NCBI GenBank assembly: GCA_963798085.1
Contig: CAWCRS010000005.1
Coordinates: 13,880 to 77,879 of the forward strand
Source of the DNA: an uncultured Gemmatimonadales bacterium
GTDB taxonomy: Bacteria; Gemmatimonadota; Gemmatimonadetes; Longimicrobiales; RSA9
DNA: 64,000 nucleotides
Reading direction: 5' to 3'
Position 1 is the first letter of the stretch, and each line of letters starts with the position of its first letter. This document shows, piece by piece, positions 33,337 to 41,369 of this stretch. Made by a program: the position numbers and the translations under genes. The notes beneath the pieces are model-generated. The model was given only the letters and a program-made list of their open reading frames with translations, searched no databases and was not told the DNA's origin.

Positions 33337-34671
33337 TCAGACTTTCGGGTTGGCGATACGTTCGCGGATGTAGTTGACGACGTGATCCGTGCCGATGCGC
33401 TCCTGGCGCAGGGTATCACGGTCGCGCACGGTGACGGTGCCGTCTTCCAGCGATTGTCCGTCCACCGTGATGGCCCAGGGCGTGCCCGCCTCGTCCTGCC
33501 TGCGGTAGCGCCGGCCGATGGAGCCGCCATCGTCGAAAAACGAATTGAGGCCGGCATTGCGCAGCGCGCGATGCACATTGCGCGCGATTTCCGGCATGCC
33601 CTCCTTGTTGACCAGCGGAAAAACGGCTGCCTTGATGGGTGCCAGGCGGGGGTGCAGCGCGAGGACGACGCGGGTTTCGCCTTCGAGCGCCTCTTCGCGA
33701 TACGCATCCACCAGCGCCACCAGCATGGTGCGACCGACGCCGACGGCGGTCTCGACGACGTACGGCAGGAAGCGTTTGTTGCGATCGACGGGATCGACGT
33801 ACTCGAGCTTCTTCCCCGAATACTCCTGGTGGCGCCGCAGATCGAAGTCCGTGCGATTGTGAATGCCTTCGAATTCCTGCCAGCCGAAGGGAAACTCGTA
33901 CTGTATGTCGAACGCGCGTTTGGCGTAATGTGCCAGCTCATCCTTGCCATGCTCGTGGAAGCGCAGCCTGGAGGGCGTGATGCCCAGGTCCTGAACGAAC
34001 GCCATGCGCTGCGCGCGCCAGTACTCGAACCACTCTTCGTCACTACCCGGCTCGACGAAGAACTGCATTTCCATCTGCTCGAATTCACGCGTACGGAAGA
34101 TGAAGTTGCCGGGTGTGATCTCGTTGCGGAACGCCTTGCCGATCTGCGCAATGCCGAAGGGAATGCGCTGGCGCGCGGCGTTGAGCACGTTCAGGAAGTT
34201 GACGTAGCTGCCCTGCGCGGTTTCGGGCCGCAGATAGACCACGGCCGCGTCCTCTTCGACGGCGCCCATGAAGGTCTTGAACATGAGATTGAACAGGCGC
34301 GGCTCGGTGAAGCTGTTGCGCGCGCCGCACACGGGGCATTGCCCTGTCGCCAGCTCCGGCGCATCGGCGCGGAAGCGGCGATGGCAGTTGCTGCACTCGA
34401 CCAGCGGGTCCGTGAAGCCGGCCACGTGCCCGCTGGCTTCCCAGACGCGCGGATTCATGAGGATGGAGGCGTCGAGGCCCTCGATGTCGTCGCGTGCCAG
34501 CACCATCTCCCGCCACCACGCTTCCTTGACATTGTGCTGCAACTCGACCCCGAGCGGGCCGTAATCCCAGACGGACCCGGTGCCGCCATAGATCTCGGAC
34601 GTCTGAAATACATAGCCTCGCCGTTTGCAGAGCGAGACCAGCTTGTCCATCAGGTCGGATTCGTTGGCCAT
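33337..34671 (-). CDS. glyQS: Glycine--tRNA ligase (dimeric GlyQS type)
   Basis: 444 aa. 'RRGYVFQTSEIYGG', 'FNLMFKT', 'YLRPETAQG', 'GIAQIGKAFRNEITP', 'REFEQMEMQFF' and 'GRRYRRQDEAGTP' (class II motifs plus anticodon-binding domain). Confidence 0.9.
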   Translation of the reverse strand: MANESDLMDKLVSLCKRRGYVFQTSEIYGGTGSVWDYGPLGVELQHNVKEAWWREMVLARDDIEGLDASILMNPRVWEASGHVAGFTDPLVECSNCHRRFRADAPELATGQCPVCGARNSFTEPRLFNLMFKTFMGAVEEDAAVVYLRPETAQGSYVNFLNVLNAARQRIPFGIAQIGKAFRNEITPGNFIFRTREFEQMEMQFFVEPGSDEEWFEYWRAQRMAFVQDLGITPSRLRFHEHGKDELAHYAKRAFDIQYEFPFGWQEFEGIHNRTDFDLRRHQEYSGKKLEYVDPVDRNKRFLPYVVETAVGVGRTMLVALVDAYREEALEGETRVVLALHPRLAPIKAAVFPLVNKEGMPEIARNVHRALRNAGLNSFFDDGGSIGRRYRRQDEAGTPWAITVDGQSLEDGTVTVRDRDTLRQERIGTDHVVNYIRERIANPKV

Positions 34672-34899
34672 GCCTGTTCGACTCTCGCCACCCTGTTATC
34701 GAGGCGCGGAAAGTAGGGGTGGGGCCGCGGCTCGAACAAGACAGGCGACAATGTCGAGTGGGATGGCAGGCGCAGCGCGGCCGGACGGCGAGGCGGGCCG
34801 GAACGCGATGACACTGCCGTTGGCGATCGCCACGGGGCGTGCCGATTCTCGCGATATCGATGATGCGTGCTGCACGGACCGGGTTTGGAGCTCCGGCCG

Positions 34900-35220
34900 T
34901 CAGGCGTGCGGGTGATGCCTCTCCATGGCGGCTTCCTCGGGCTGCGCGGACTGCACGCGGAAGATGCCCAGGCGCTGCGCCGTGGCGATGTAGCTGGCCC
35001 ACACGGACACGCCGCCGAAAGCCAGCACGCCGATCAGACCGCCGCCCGCGGCAGTGCAGAGCGCACCCACCGCCAGCAGCGCAACCGCCACCGAGATCAT
35101 CGCGTGATCCGTTCGCCCCTCATGGAGCGAACGGGCACGCAGCGCGGCGAGGGCGGCGCCGCCCGCGGCGCACGCCACGAGCGCGATGAGAAGCAAGCCA
35201 GCGCGAACCCAGGGCGACAT
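34900..35220 (-). CDS. Small membrane protein
   Basis: Start taken at MSPWVRAG (ATG 35218-35220), about 106 aa with three hydrophobic segments. It lies directly downstream of the MCE gene. No family recognised. Confidence 0.4.
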   Translation of the reverse strand: MSPWVRAGLLLIALVACAAGGAALAALRARSLHEGRTDHAMISVAVALLAVGALCTAAGGGLIGVLAFGGVSVWASYIATAQRLGIFRVQSAQPEEAAMERHHPHA

Positions 35221-35239
35221 GTGTCCTGCTCCGTGCGCC

Positions 35240-36130
35240 TCAGAAAATGCGGACGTTGATGTAGCGACTCGGACGCTCGCGAATGTCGGTCGCGAGCAGG
35301 CGGAACTCGTGCAATGTCTGATGCAGCTCCATGTACATCGTCGAATCATTCACCAGCCGGCCCATGGTGCCCTGTCCGTGGTCGATCTTGGCCATGACGG
35401 ACTGGAACGAGTCGAGCGAGCGCTCCATGCTGTTCGCGGCGGAGGTCAGTGCCTGCGCCGTCTTCTCGAATTCGCCGGTCGCCGCATCCAGCTGACCGAG
35501 TGCGCGGTTCACGGCATCACCCGTGTGCGCCTCCGCGAACTCGTCCGCCGTGCGGCGCAGCGAAACCGCGGCCTGACGCAACTGTACGAACGTCTCGCGC
35601 AGCTGCACCGCGCTGGCGGGCAACTCGGCAGCGGTAGCCTGCACGTTCCGCACCGCCTCGGACGAGAGCAGCGAATCCACGGTCCCCAGCACCGCCTTCG
35701 TCCGCGCACCGAGATCTGCAGCCAGCTCCGTGATCTGCGGAGAGGCGGCGCCGCGCAGCGTGTCCTTGTCCTCCAGGCGCAGCACCGCGATACCCGGCTG
35801 AAGCTGGACGGAATGCGCGCCGAAGACGTCGCCCATCACCGCCGCCTTCGTGTCCCGTGGCAGTGCCAGATCATCGCGCACGCGAATACCCACCACGACA
35901 CCGCCGGAGGGATCGAGGTCCACATTCTGTACCAGTCCGACGTCCACGCCGTTCACGAAGACGCGATCGCCTCGCTTCAGGCCGGCGCCATTCTGCATCG
36001 CGATGGTCAGGTCGAGTCCACCTGTGAGCAGCGGATTGCCGAGCAGATAGTAGAGGCCCCAGAAGAAAACCACGGTGGCGATCACCACCAGCAGTCCGAG
36101 AGCCGTAATGTTGCGCTTGCGTTTGTCCAT
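35240..36130 (-). CDS. MCE/MlaD-family substrate-binding protein
   Basis: N-terminal TM anchor, MCE domain ('GLKRGDRVFVNGVDVGLVQNVDL...') and a long helical C-terminal extension. Confidence 0.8.
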   Translation of the reverse strand: MDKRKRNITALGLLVVIATVVFFWGLYYLLGNPLLTGGLDLTIAMQNGAGLKRGDRVFVNGVDVGLVQNVDLDPSGGVVVGIRVRDDLALPRDTKAAVMGDVFGAHSVQLQPGIAVLRLEDKDTLRGAASPQITELAADLGARTKAVLGTVDSLLSSEAVRNVQATAAELPASAVQLRETFVQLRQAAVSLRRTADEFAEAHTGDAVNRALGQLDAATGEFEKTAQALTSAANSMERSLDSFQSVMAKIDHGQGTMGRLVNDSTMYMELHQTLHEFRLLATDIRERPSRYINVRIF

Positions 36131-36159
36131 TTTGCCGAATCCCGTCCCGTTCCCGCGGC

Positions 36160-36915
36160 CTAGTGAGCCGCCGCCGATTCCATGATTTTGGTCCTGCGCA
36201 CGAATTTCTGCACGACAGGATCCTCGCTCGCCATGATCTCGGCCGGCGACGCATTCGCGCGAATCTTTCCCTCGTACAACAGCGCGATGTGATCGCCGAC
36301 ATCGAACGTGGTATCGAGGTCGTGCGTCACTACAATGCTGGTAACGCCGAGGCTCCGGCCGAGATCGAAAATGAGCTGGTCAATGTTGTCCGCGTTCACC
36401 GGATCCAGCCCCGTCGTCGGCTCATCCCACAACAGATAACGCGGCCGGCTGGCAATGGCGCGCGCTACAGCGACGCGCTTGCGCATGCCGCCCGACAATT
36501 CGGCCGGGTGTTTGGTGAGCACGTCCGCTGTCAGGTTCACTCTGGCCAGCAGCTCCAGGGCATCTTCACGCAGGTCCCGGACCGACGTCGTGCTGGTTTC
36601 ATCCACCTGCGCCAACGCCAGATTCTCGGCAACCGTGAGCGAGTCGAACAACGCCGCGTTCTGGAACACGTACCCCAGATTGCGGCGCACGCGCTTCAAC
36701 TCCTCCGGTGTGGCGCGCGAGATGGCAATGCCGTCCACGATCACGTCGCCCTCATCCGGCTCGAGCAGCCCAATGGCGTGTTTCAGCAGCACGCTCTTGC
36801 CGCTGCCCGAGGGCCCCAGCAACGCCAGCGTCTGCCCCTCTTCCACGGTGAGATTCACACCGCGCAGGACCTCGAGCGCGCCGAACGACTTGTGCAGGTT
36901 GCGGTACTCGATCAT
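36160..36915 (-). CDS. mlaF: ABC transporter ATP-binding protein (MlaF-like)
   Basis: Start taken at MIEYRNL (ATG 36913-36915). Walker A 'GPSGSGKS', signature 'LSGGMRKRVAVARA', Walker B 'LLWDEPTTGLD'. Confidence 0.85.
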   Translation of the reverse strand: MIEYRNLHKSFGALEVLRGVNLTVEEGQTLALLGPSGSGKSVLLKHAIGLLEPDEGDVIVDGIAISRATPEELKRVRRNLGYVFQNAALFDSLTVAENLALAQVDETSTTSVRDLREDALELLARVNLTADVLTKHPAELSGGMRKRVAVARAIASRPRYLLWDEPTTGLDPVNADNIDQLIFDLGRSLGVTSIVVTHDLDTTFDVGDHIALLYEGKIRANASPAEIMASEDPVVQKFVRRTKIMESAAAH

Positions 36916-36940
36916 TGGCACCCGGGCGTTGTGGTTCGAA

Positions 36941-37012
36941 CAGAATCCGGAGAAGCGTTTCTCGGGCTGGGGCTCGCGCTGGTTGCTTGGGAACGGCAAC
37001 CACGGATCGGGC
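36941..37012 (+). repeat. GC-rich dispersed repeat, copy C (deletion variant)
   Basis: '...ccggagaagcgtttctcgggctggggctcgcgctggttgcttgggaacggcaaccacgg'. Both ends match copy A on the same strand. It is inverted relative to copy B, which lies about 155 nt away. Confidence 0.6.
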
Positions 37013-37170
37013 GACCCGCGGCTCCAGATTCCGCGCGCGTCCTTTCGATCCCCGCCACGTCATGGCTCGTGCCGTCGGTTTGACGACGCGCATGTTCTAC
37101 CCGCACGCAGGCGTAAGATTCAATTCCGGGCAAGGCGGTTCGGTTTCAGCAGGGGCAAGCGTCAGAGGTG

Positions 37171-37280
37171 CGGCTCCGTTCCCGGGCAACCAGCCCCGGC
37201 AGCCAGCCCGAGCAACGCAGTCGTTCTGTTGATGCCGTTCCCGGCCCCAGCCCGAGCCCCAGAAACGCGGTTTCCGGTTC
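37171..37280 (-). repeat. GC-rich dispersed repeat, copy B (inverted)
   Basis: Its reverse complement, 'gaaccggaaaccgcgtttctggggctcgggctggggccgggaacggc...gttgctcgggctggctgccggggctggttgcccgggaacggagccg', aligns with copy A. It starts immediately after the mlaE stop codon. Confidence 0.7.
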
Positions 37281-38043
37281 AGAACGCCTTCAGCAATGGG
37301 ACCAGCAAGACATCGAGCGCCATGAGAATGATGGTGGTGAGCACGACGGCGGTGGTGGTGGCGCGACCTACGCCTTCGGCGCCGCCTTTGCCTTCGAGGC
37401 CGACGAAGCAGGCGATGAAGGTGATGGCGAGTCCGAAGAGGCCGCCCTTGATGACGGAGAAGAAGAGCGGCCAGGGGCGGAAGTAGAAGCGCATGCCGTA
37501 GATCACGTCGGCAGATGTCAGCCCTTTCACGGCGAGCAGGCCGACGAACCAGCCGGCGGCCATGCCCATGGCGTCGGACAGGACGGTGAGTGGCGGGAAC
37601 ACGAGCAGGCCGGCCACGACGCGGGGTGCGACCAGGAACGCGACCGGGTCACGGCCCATGGCGTACAGCGCATCGATCTGCTCGGTCACCTTCATGGAAG
37701 CCAGTTCCGCGGCAATGGCGGCGCCAATGCGGGCCATCATCACGATGCCCATGAGCAGCGGGCCCAGCTCGGTGATCACGCTGGCGGCCAGAACGCTGCC
37801 CACCACCCAGAGGGGCAGGCCTCCGGTGAATTGCGCGCCGGTCTGCTGTGAAGTGACCGCGCCGCCGAGGAACGCCATGAAGAGAACCAGTGGCAGCGAG
37901 GCGATGCCCATCACATAGGCCTGCTGCAGGGCCGCATTGATGTAGAGGCGAGGCCGGGGCAGCACCTTGAATGTCTGCCAGAGCATCACCGTGGCGCGAC
38001 CGATCCAGTTGAGAACAGCAGCCAGCAGCGCGCCAATGCTCAC
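37279..38043 (-). CDS. mlaE: ABC transporter permease (MlaE-like)
   Basis: Only the C-terminal ~254 aa of track ORF 37279..39228 are MlaE-like ('...ITELGPLLMGIVMMARIGAAIAAELASMKVTEQIDAL...'). A GTG start at 38041-38043 overlaps the TGA of the upstream permease (GTGA). Confidence 0.8.
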   Translation of the reverse strand: MSIGALLAAVLNWIGRATVMLWQTFKVLPRPRLYINAALQQAYVMGIASLPLVLFMAFLGGAVTSQQTGAQFTGGLPLWVVGSVLAASVITELGPLLMGIVMMARIGAAIAAELASMKVTEQIDALYAMGRDPVAFLVAPRVVAGLLVFPPLTVLSDAMGMAAGWFVGLLAVKGLTSADVIYGMRFYFRPWPLFFSVIKGGLFGLAITFIACFVGLEGKGGAEGVGRATTTAVVLTTIILMALDVLLVPLLKAF

Positions 38044-39431
38044 GCCGTCACACGACCTTCCCGCTTGCTGCGCCAGGAGCGCCAGACGTAGTAGACCGGC
38101 ACACCGGCGAGGATGATGCCGAAGTCGAGCAGCGTCGTGGCTGTCTGGCGCACGAGGGCATTGGCCAGCAGTCCGACGGAACCGATGAGGAATACCAGCG
38201 GAACGAAGGGATAGCCCGTGGTGCGATAGGGCCGGTGCAGCTCGGGACGGCGGCGGCGCAGCAGGAAAACCGCACCCACACCGAGCGCATAGAAGGGCCA
38301 GATGCCGAGTACGAAGTCGCCGGCAAGCCGCTCGAACGGCCGCACGGACACATACGCTATGCCCAGCCCGGTGGCGAGCGCGATCGCGGCCCAGGGGGTG
38401 TGCCAGCGCGGATGCACGGCGGCAACCGGCTTGAAGAACAGGCGATCCGAAGCCATGGCGAAGAAAATGCGCGGCCCCGTCATCATCGAACCGTTCAGCG
38501 AACCGAACGTGGACAGCATGACGAGAGCCGCCACAATCGCGGCGCCGCGGTCGCCGAAGATGCGCGTGGCCGCGTCCGCCGCCACCAGCTCGGATGCCGC
38601 CACATCCGGTAGCGGCAGCACGTAGAGGTACGCGGCGTTCGTGATCAGGTAGACCAGCACCACGGCCGCCGTGCCCAGCACGAGTGCGCGCGGGAGATTG
38701 CGTTCGGGGCTGCGGATCTCGCCCGCCATGAACGTGAGGTCGGCCCAGCCATCGTAGGCCCACAGCACGCCGATCATGGCGATCCCGAAACCACCCATGG
38801 TGGTGGGAGCCCACACCATGGGACCGGACAGCGCGCCATGGCCAGTGCCGAACGCGAACGCCAGCAGTCCCACGAACACGAGCGCGATCACCTTGGCCAG
38901 TGTGGTCGAGTTCTCGATGGCCGCGCCCCAGCGGACCGAGCGGATGTTGGCGGCGCCAATCCCGGCGATGAGCGCGCCCGCGAGCACGCGCTGGCCCACC
39001 TCGGACATGGGCAGGAAGCGACTCGTGTAGGCCGCGAAGATGACGGCAATGGCACCCAGCGCGGAGGGCCGGATGATCACCAGCTCCGTCCAGCCGAACA
39101 GGAACGCCGGCACCGGACCGTAGGCTTCGCGCAGGAAGACGTAGATGCCGCCGGACCGCGGGAACAGCGCTGTCAGCTCGGCGAGCGTGAGTGCCCCGAA
39201 CAGCGCAACGATTGCGCCCGCGACCCACACCAGAATGATGCCGCCCAGGGTGCCCACATCGCCGGCGACGCTGCTCGGTACACGGAAGATGCCGCTGCCT
39301 ATGGTACTGCCCACGAGCACCGCCATGGCGCTCCAGAGACCGAGACTGCGCGGCAGGTCACGGTCGGCCGGTTCGCCATCCGGCGCCGTGGCGCGCGTTC
39401 GGGCGGGCTGTTCCAGTTGCACGGCCGGCAA
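38040..39431 (-). CDS. Amino acid permease (APC superfamily)
   Basis: 463 aa with about 12 TM segments. N-terminal 'LGLWSAMAVLVGSTIGSGIFRVPS' APC signature. The start codon is uncertain because the track start is a TTG. Confidence 0.8.
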   Translation of the reverse strand: MPAVQLEQPARTRATAPDGEPADRDLPRSLGLWSAMAVLVGSTIGSGIFRVPSSVAGDVGTLGGIILVWVAGAIVALFGALTLAELTALFPRSGGIYVFLREAYGPVPAFLFGWTELVIIRPSALGAIAVIFAAYTSRFLPMSEVGQRVLAGALIAGIGAANIRSVRWGAAIENSTTLAKVIALVFVGLLAFAFGTGHGALSGPMVWAPTTMGGFGIAMIGVLWAYDGWADLTFMAGEIRSPERNLPRALVLGTAAVVLVYLITNAAYLYVLPLPDVAASELVAADAATRIFGDRGAAIVAALVMLSTFGSLNGSMMTGPRIFFAMASDRLFFKPVAAVHPRWHTPWAAIALATGLGIAYVSVRPFERLAGDFVLGIWPFYALGVGAVFLLRRRRPELHRPYRTTGYPFVPLVFLIGSVGLLANALVRQTATTLLDFGIILAGVPVYYVWRSWRSKREGRVTA

Positions 39432-39503
39432 GATAGCCGGGCCTGTGTCGAGGCGGTACCCCCGCGCGGATCAGTGCCTTCCCCGCGTCGGCGAAATGAC
39501 GAA

Positions 39504-39533
39504 GCGACGCGTCGGTGGCATGCGACGCGTCGC
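39504..39533 (-). terminator. GC-rich hairpin built from twin palindromes
   Basis: 'gcgacgcgtcg' (39504-39514) pairs with 'cgacgcgtcgc' (39523-39533) around an 8-nt loop. It lies between the stop of the 178-aa membrane protein gene and the start of the APC permease gene. Confidence 0.35.
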
Positions 39534-39571
39534 CTCGAATCCGTGCAGCCGTGCCTGCTTCGTACCGCGAC

Positions 39572-40108
39572 TCAGCTGCGGGTCGCGGCCACCTTCGTTG
39601 CGCGCTCGGGCGCCGTGATCACGCCCGGCGCCACACCCGCGCTCCGGCGCGGCAGCGCGCGCAGGCAGGCGGTACCCAGCCAGAGGAACGCGAACGCGGC
39701 TGTTACGTGCTTCGCGATGGCCCGCATGCCCGCCACCTGGAACAACGGCAGCTCGCCTGCTGGCACACTCGCGCGCAGCTGAAAGAAGTCCAGCACGAAC
39801 AGCGGCACGAGCAGGCCGAGCGCGAGTGCGCACGCCAGATTCAGCGAACCCACCACCACGCGCGCACCTCGCTGGTTGCCGGCAAGCGCGACCGCGCTGG
39901 CCAGCACCATTCCCAGCAGCGGCGTCAGCAGGAACCCGGACAGCAGGCCGGACACCCCGTAGCGCCAGTCCAGTTGCGATGGGTGCAGCGGCAGAACATT
40001 GCCGACGAAATCGAACGCCGGTGTCAGCACCAGCAGCAGCGCCACGAAATACGCGGCGCCACTCATGCGGCCCAGGCCGCTACGATTGTCCTGCAGCACG
40101 TAGCTCAT
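39572..40108 (-). CDS. Hypothetical membrane protein (178 aa, about 4 TM)
   Basis: ATG 40106-40108, 6 nt after the PEP-CTERM gene stop. It has several hydrophobic segments. No family recognised. Confidence 0.5.
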   Translation of the reverse strand: MSYVLQDNRSGLGRMSGAAYFVALLLVLTPAFDFVGNVLPLHPSQLDWRYGVSGLLSGFLLTPLLGMVLASAVALAGNQRGARVVVGSLNLACALALGLLVPLFVLDFFQLRASVPAGELPLFQVAGMRAIAKHVTAAFAFLWLGTACLRALPRRSAGVAPGVITAPERATKVAATRS

Positions 40109-40114
40109 TCTCGA

Positions 40115-40738
40115 TCAGACGCGCTCGAAGCGGAAGGACCGGCGGCGCCGCATCGCCAGCACGCCCAGCAGCAGGAGACCCGTCGCGAACAGGGCGACGG
40201 TCCCGGGCTCCGGTGTCACGTACGTCAGGAACTCCTGCGTGCCACCGCGATCCTTGTCCACGTCCGTCACCACATAGAAGTACTTCGGATTGACCTCGCT
40301 GTAGTGCTGGTTCGCGAGATTGAGCCAGTAGTCCCCACTGGTGGGCGTCGGTCCGGCGCTCGTGAACAGGCGCCAGATCGTGGCCTGGATGTTCTTCCAC
40401 TCGGCGGTCGCGTTCCTGCTGTACTGCTGCGTCAGCCACGCGGCTCGCAGATAGAGCGCATAGGCCGTCGCACCGCCGCGTGTCATGCTCAGATCGCCGG
40501 CCAGCGAGGAGAGGTTCGCCATCCACACCTGGTTCAGCGAGATGTGGTGCAGAAAATCGACGCAGTACAGATCAATGCTGGGCTGGCCCGGCTCGGAGAG
40601 CAGCACCCCCTGGTACTGACCCACGTAGTAGCCGAAACCGGTGACGCCACCAGCGCTTGTGAACTTGATTTTTTCCTGGGCGGCAGCCGGGGAGACCGTC
40701 ATGGCTGCGAGCGCGCCGATCAGCAGGAAACGTTTCAC
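40115..40738 (-). CDS. PEP-CTERM sorting-signal protein
   Basis: GTG start with 'ggaggg' upstream and signal peptide 'ALAAMTVSPAAAQE'. The C-terminus 'VTPEPGTVALFATGLLLLGVLAMRRRR' is a PEP motif, a TM helix and an Arg cluster. Confidence 0.8.
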   Translation of the reverse strand: MKRFLLIGALAAMTVSPAAAQEKIKFTSAGGVTGFGYYVGQYQGVLLSEPGQPSIDLYCVDFLHHISLNQVWMANLSSLAGDLSMTRGGATAYALYLRAAWLTQQYSRNATAEWKNIQATIWRLFTSAGPTPTSGDYWLNLANQHYSEVNPKYFYVVTDVDKDRGGTQEFLTYVTPEPGTVALFATGLLLLGVLAMRRRRSFRFERV

Positions 40739-40830
40739 CGTCGAAACCCTCCACCCGTTCCGTGAGTTGGCGGACCGTCGCGCGGCTCCGCGCGGCGCGC
40801 TCCATCGCGCACCGTTGACATGCTCGTGTC

Positions 40831-40846
40831 AGCATCGCCCGTGCCA
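40831..40846 (-). promoter_or_regulatory. Sigma-54 (-24/-12) promoter candidate for the PEP-CTERM gene
   Basis: The minus strand reads 'TGGCACGGGCGATGCT' against consensus TGGCACG-N4-TTGCW. GG and GC are separated by exactly 10 nt, with one mismatch in the -12 element. It lies about 95 nt upstream of the GTG start at 40738. Confidence 0.5.
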
Positions 40847-41100
40847 CCGCCCTCCGCTCCAGCGGCCGGGCCGACGACGGCATGTCGTCGCAGGCACAAG
40901 CGCTTCTCGGTGAAGTAGTTGCACGCGGTCGCCTGCTCCTGCCCTGCCCTTTCACGAAGCCCCGCGGAGCGCACGCGGCGTGTCCGGCGGTGGAACGATT
41001 CGTGGCAGGGCTGCATCGCTTTGCGTGCGAACGCCGGTGTTCGCACGCCACAGCCTCACGCCCGGCACGCACGCTGACGCAAGGGTCACCGTCCACGCTT

Positions 41101-41133
41101 GCAGAATGCAAGTCGCGGGCTCTTGCATTCTGC
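41101..41133. other. Perfect 12-bp hairpin in a relatively AT-rich spacer
   Basis: gcagaatgcaag (41101-41112) pairs with cttgcattctgc (41122-41133), loop tcgcgggct. Confidence 0.6.
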
Positions 41134-41137
41134 GAAC

Positions 41138-41173
41138 GCCGCGGGTTCTTAACACGCCGCGGGTTCTTAACAC
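41138..41173. repeat. Exact tandem duplication of an 18-mer
   Basis: 'gccgcgggttcttaacac' x2 (41138-41155, 41156-41173), followed by 'acagttaaacc', which repeats the GTT..AAC core. Confidence 0.8.
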
Positions 41174-41369
41174 ACAGTTAAACCTGCAGGGGCATGCGGG
41201 GGCGCCCGCCGCGACCCCGGCGCTGCGGCCGGCCCGTGACAACAAGTCCAGGCCGGCGCACATCCCGGGTGTGACACGCGGCCAGCCGCGCTCACGCATC
41301 GAAAACAGGGACGGGCGCGCGAGGAACAGCGGGTCGCCCCGTAATATATGGTTAGCCGCGCACGGGGTG

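Noticed and set aside
31675-34716. 1013-aa plus-strand ORF, the longest in the track
   Set aside because: It lies antisense to the NSS transporter and glyQS, both of which have clear family motifs. Its translation is R/H/A/G/E-rich with no recognisable domain. This is a typical stop-poor shadow frame in GC-rich DNA.
37279-39228. 649-aa ORF read as one large MlaE fusion protein
   Set aside because: Only the last ~254 aa are MlaE-like. The N-terminal ~395 aa overlap the well-supported APC permease in another frame and are Arg/Gly/His-rich nonsense. A GTG start at 38041-38043 gives a normal-length MlaE.
39572-40108. Exosortase partner of the PEP-CTERM protein
   Set aside because: The adjacent membrane protein has only 178 aa and about 4 TM segments. 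That is far smaller than the EpsH/Xrt exosortases as I recall them, and I could not identify their conserved Cys/Arg/His pattern.
41138-41173. Possible CRISPR array or other multi-copy tandem array
   Set aside because: There are only two directly abutting 18-bp units with no spacers and no cas genes in the window. It is reported as a simple tandem duplication instead.
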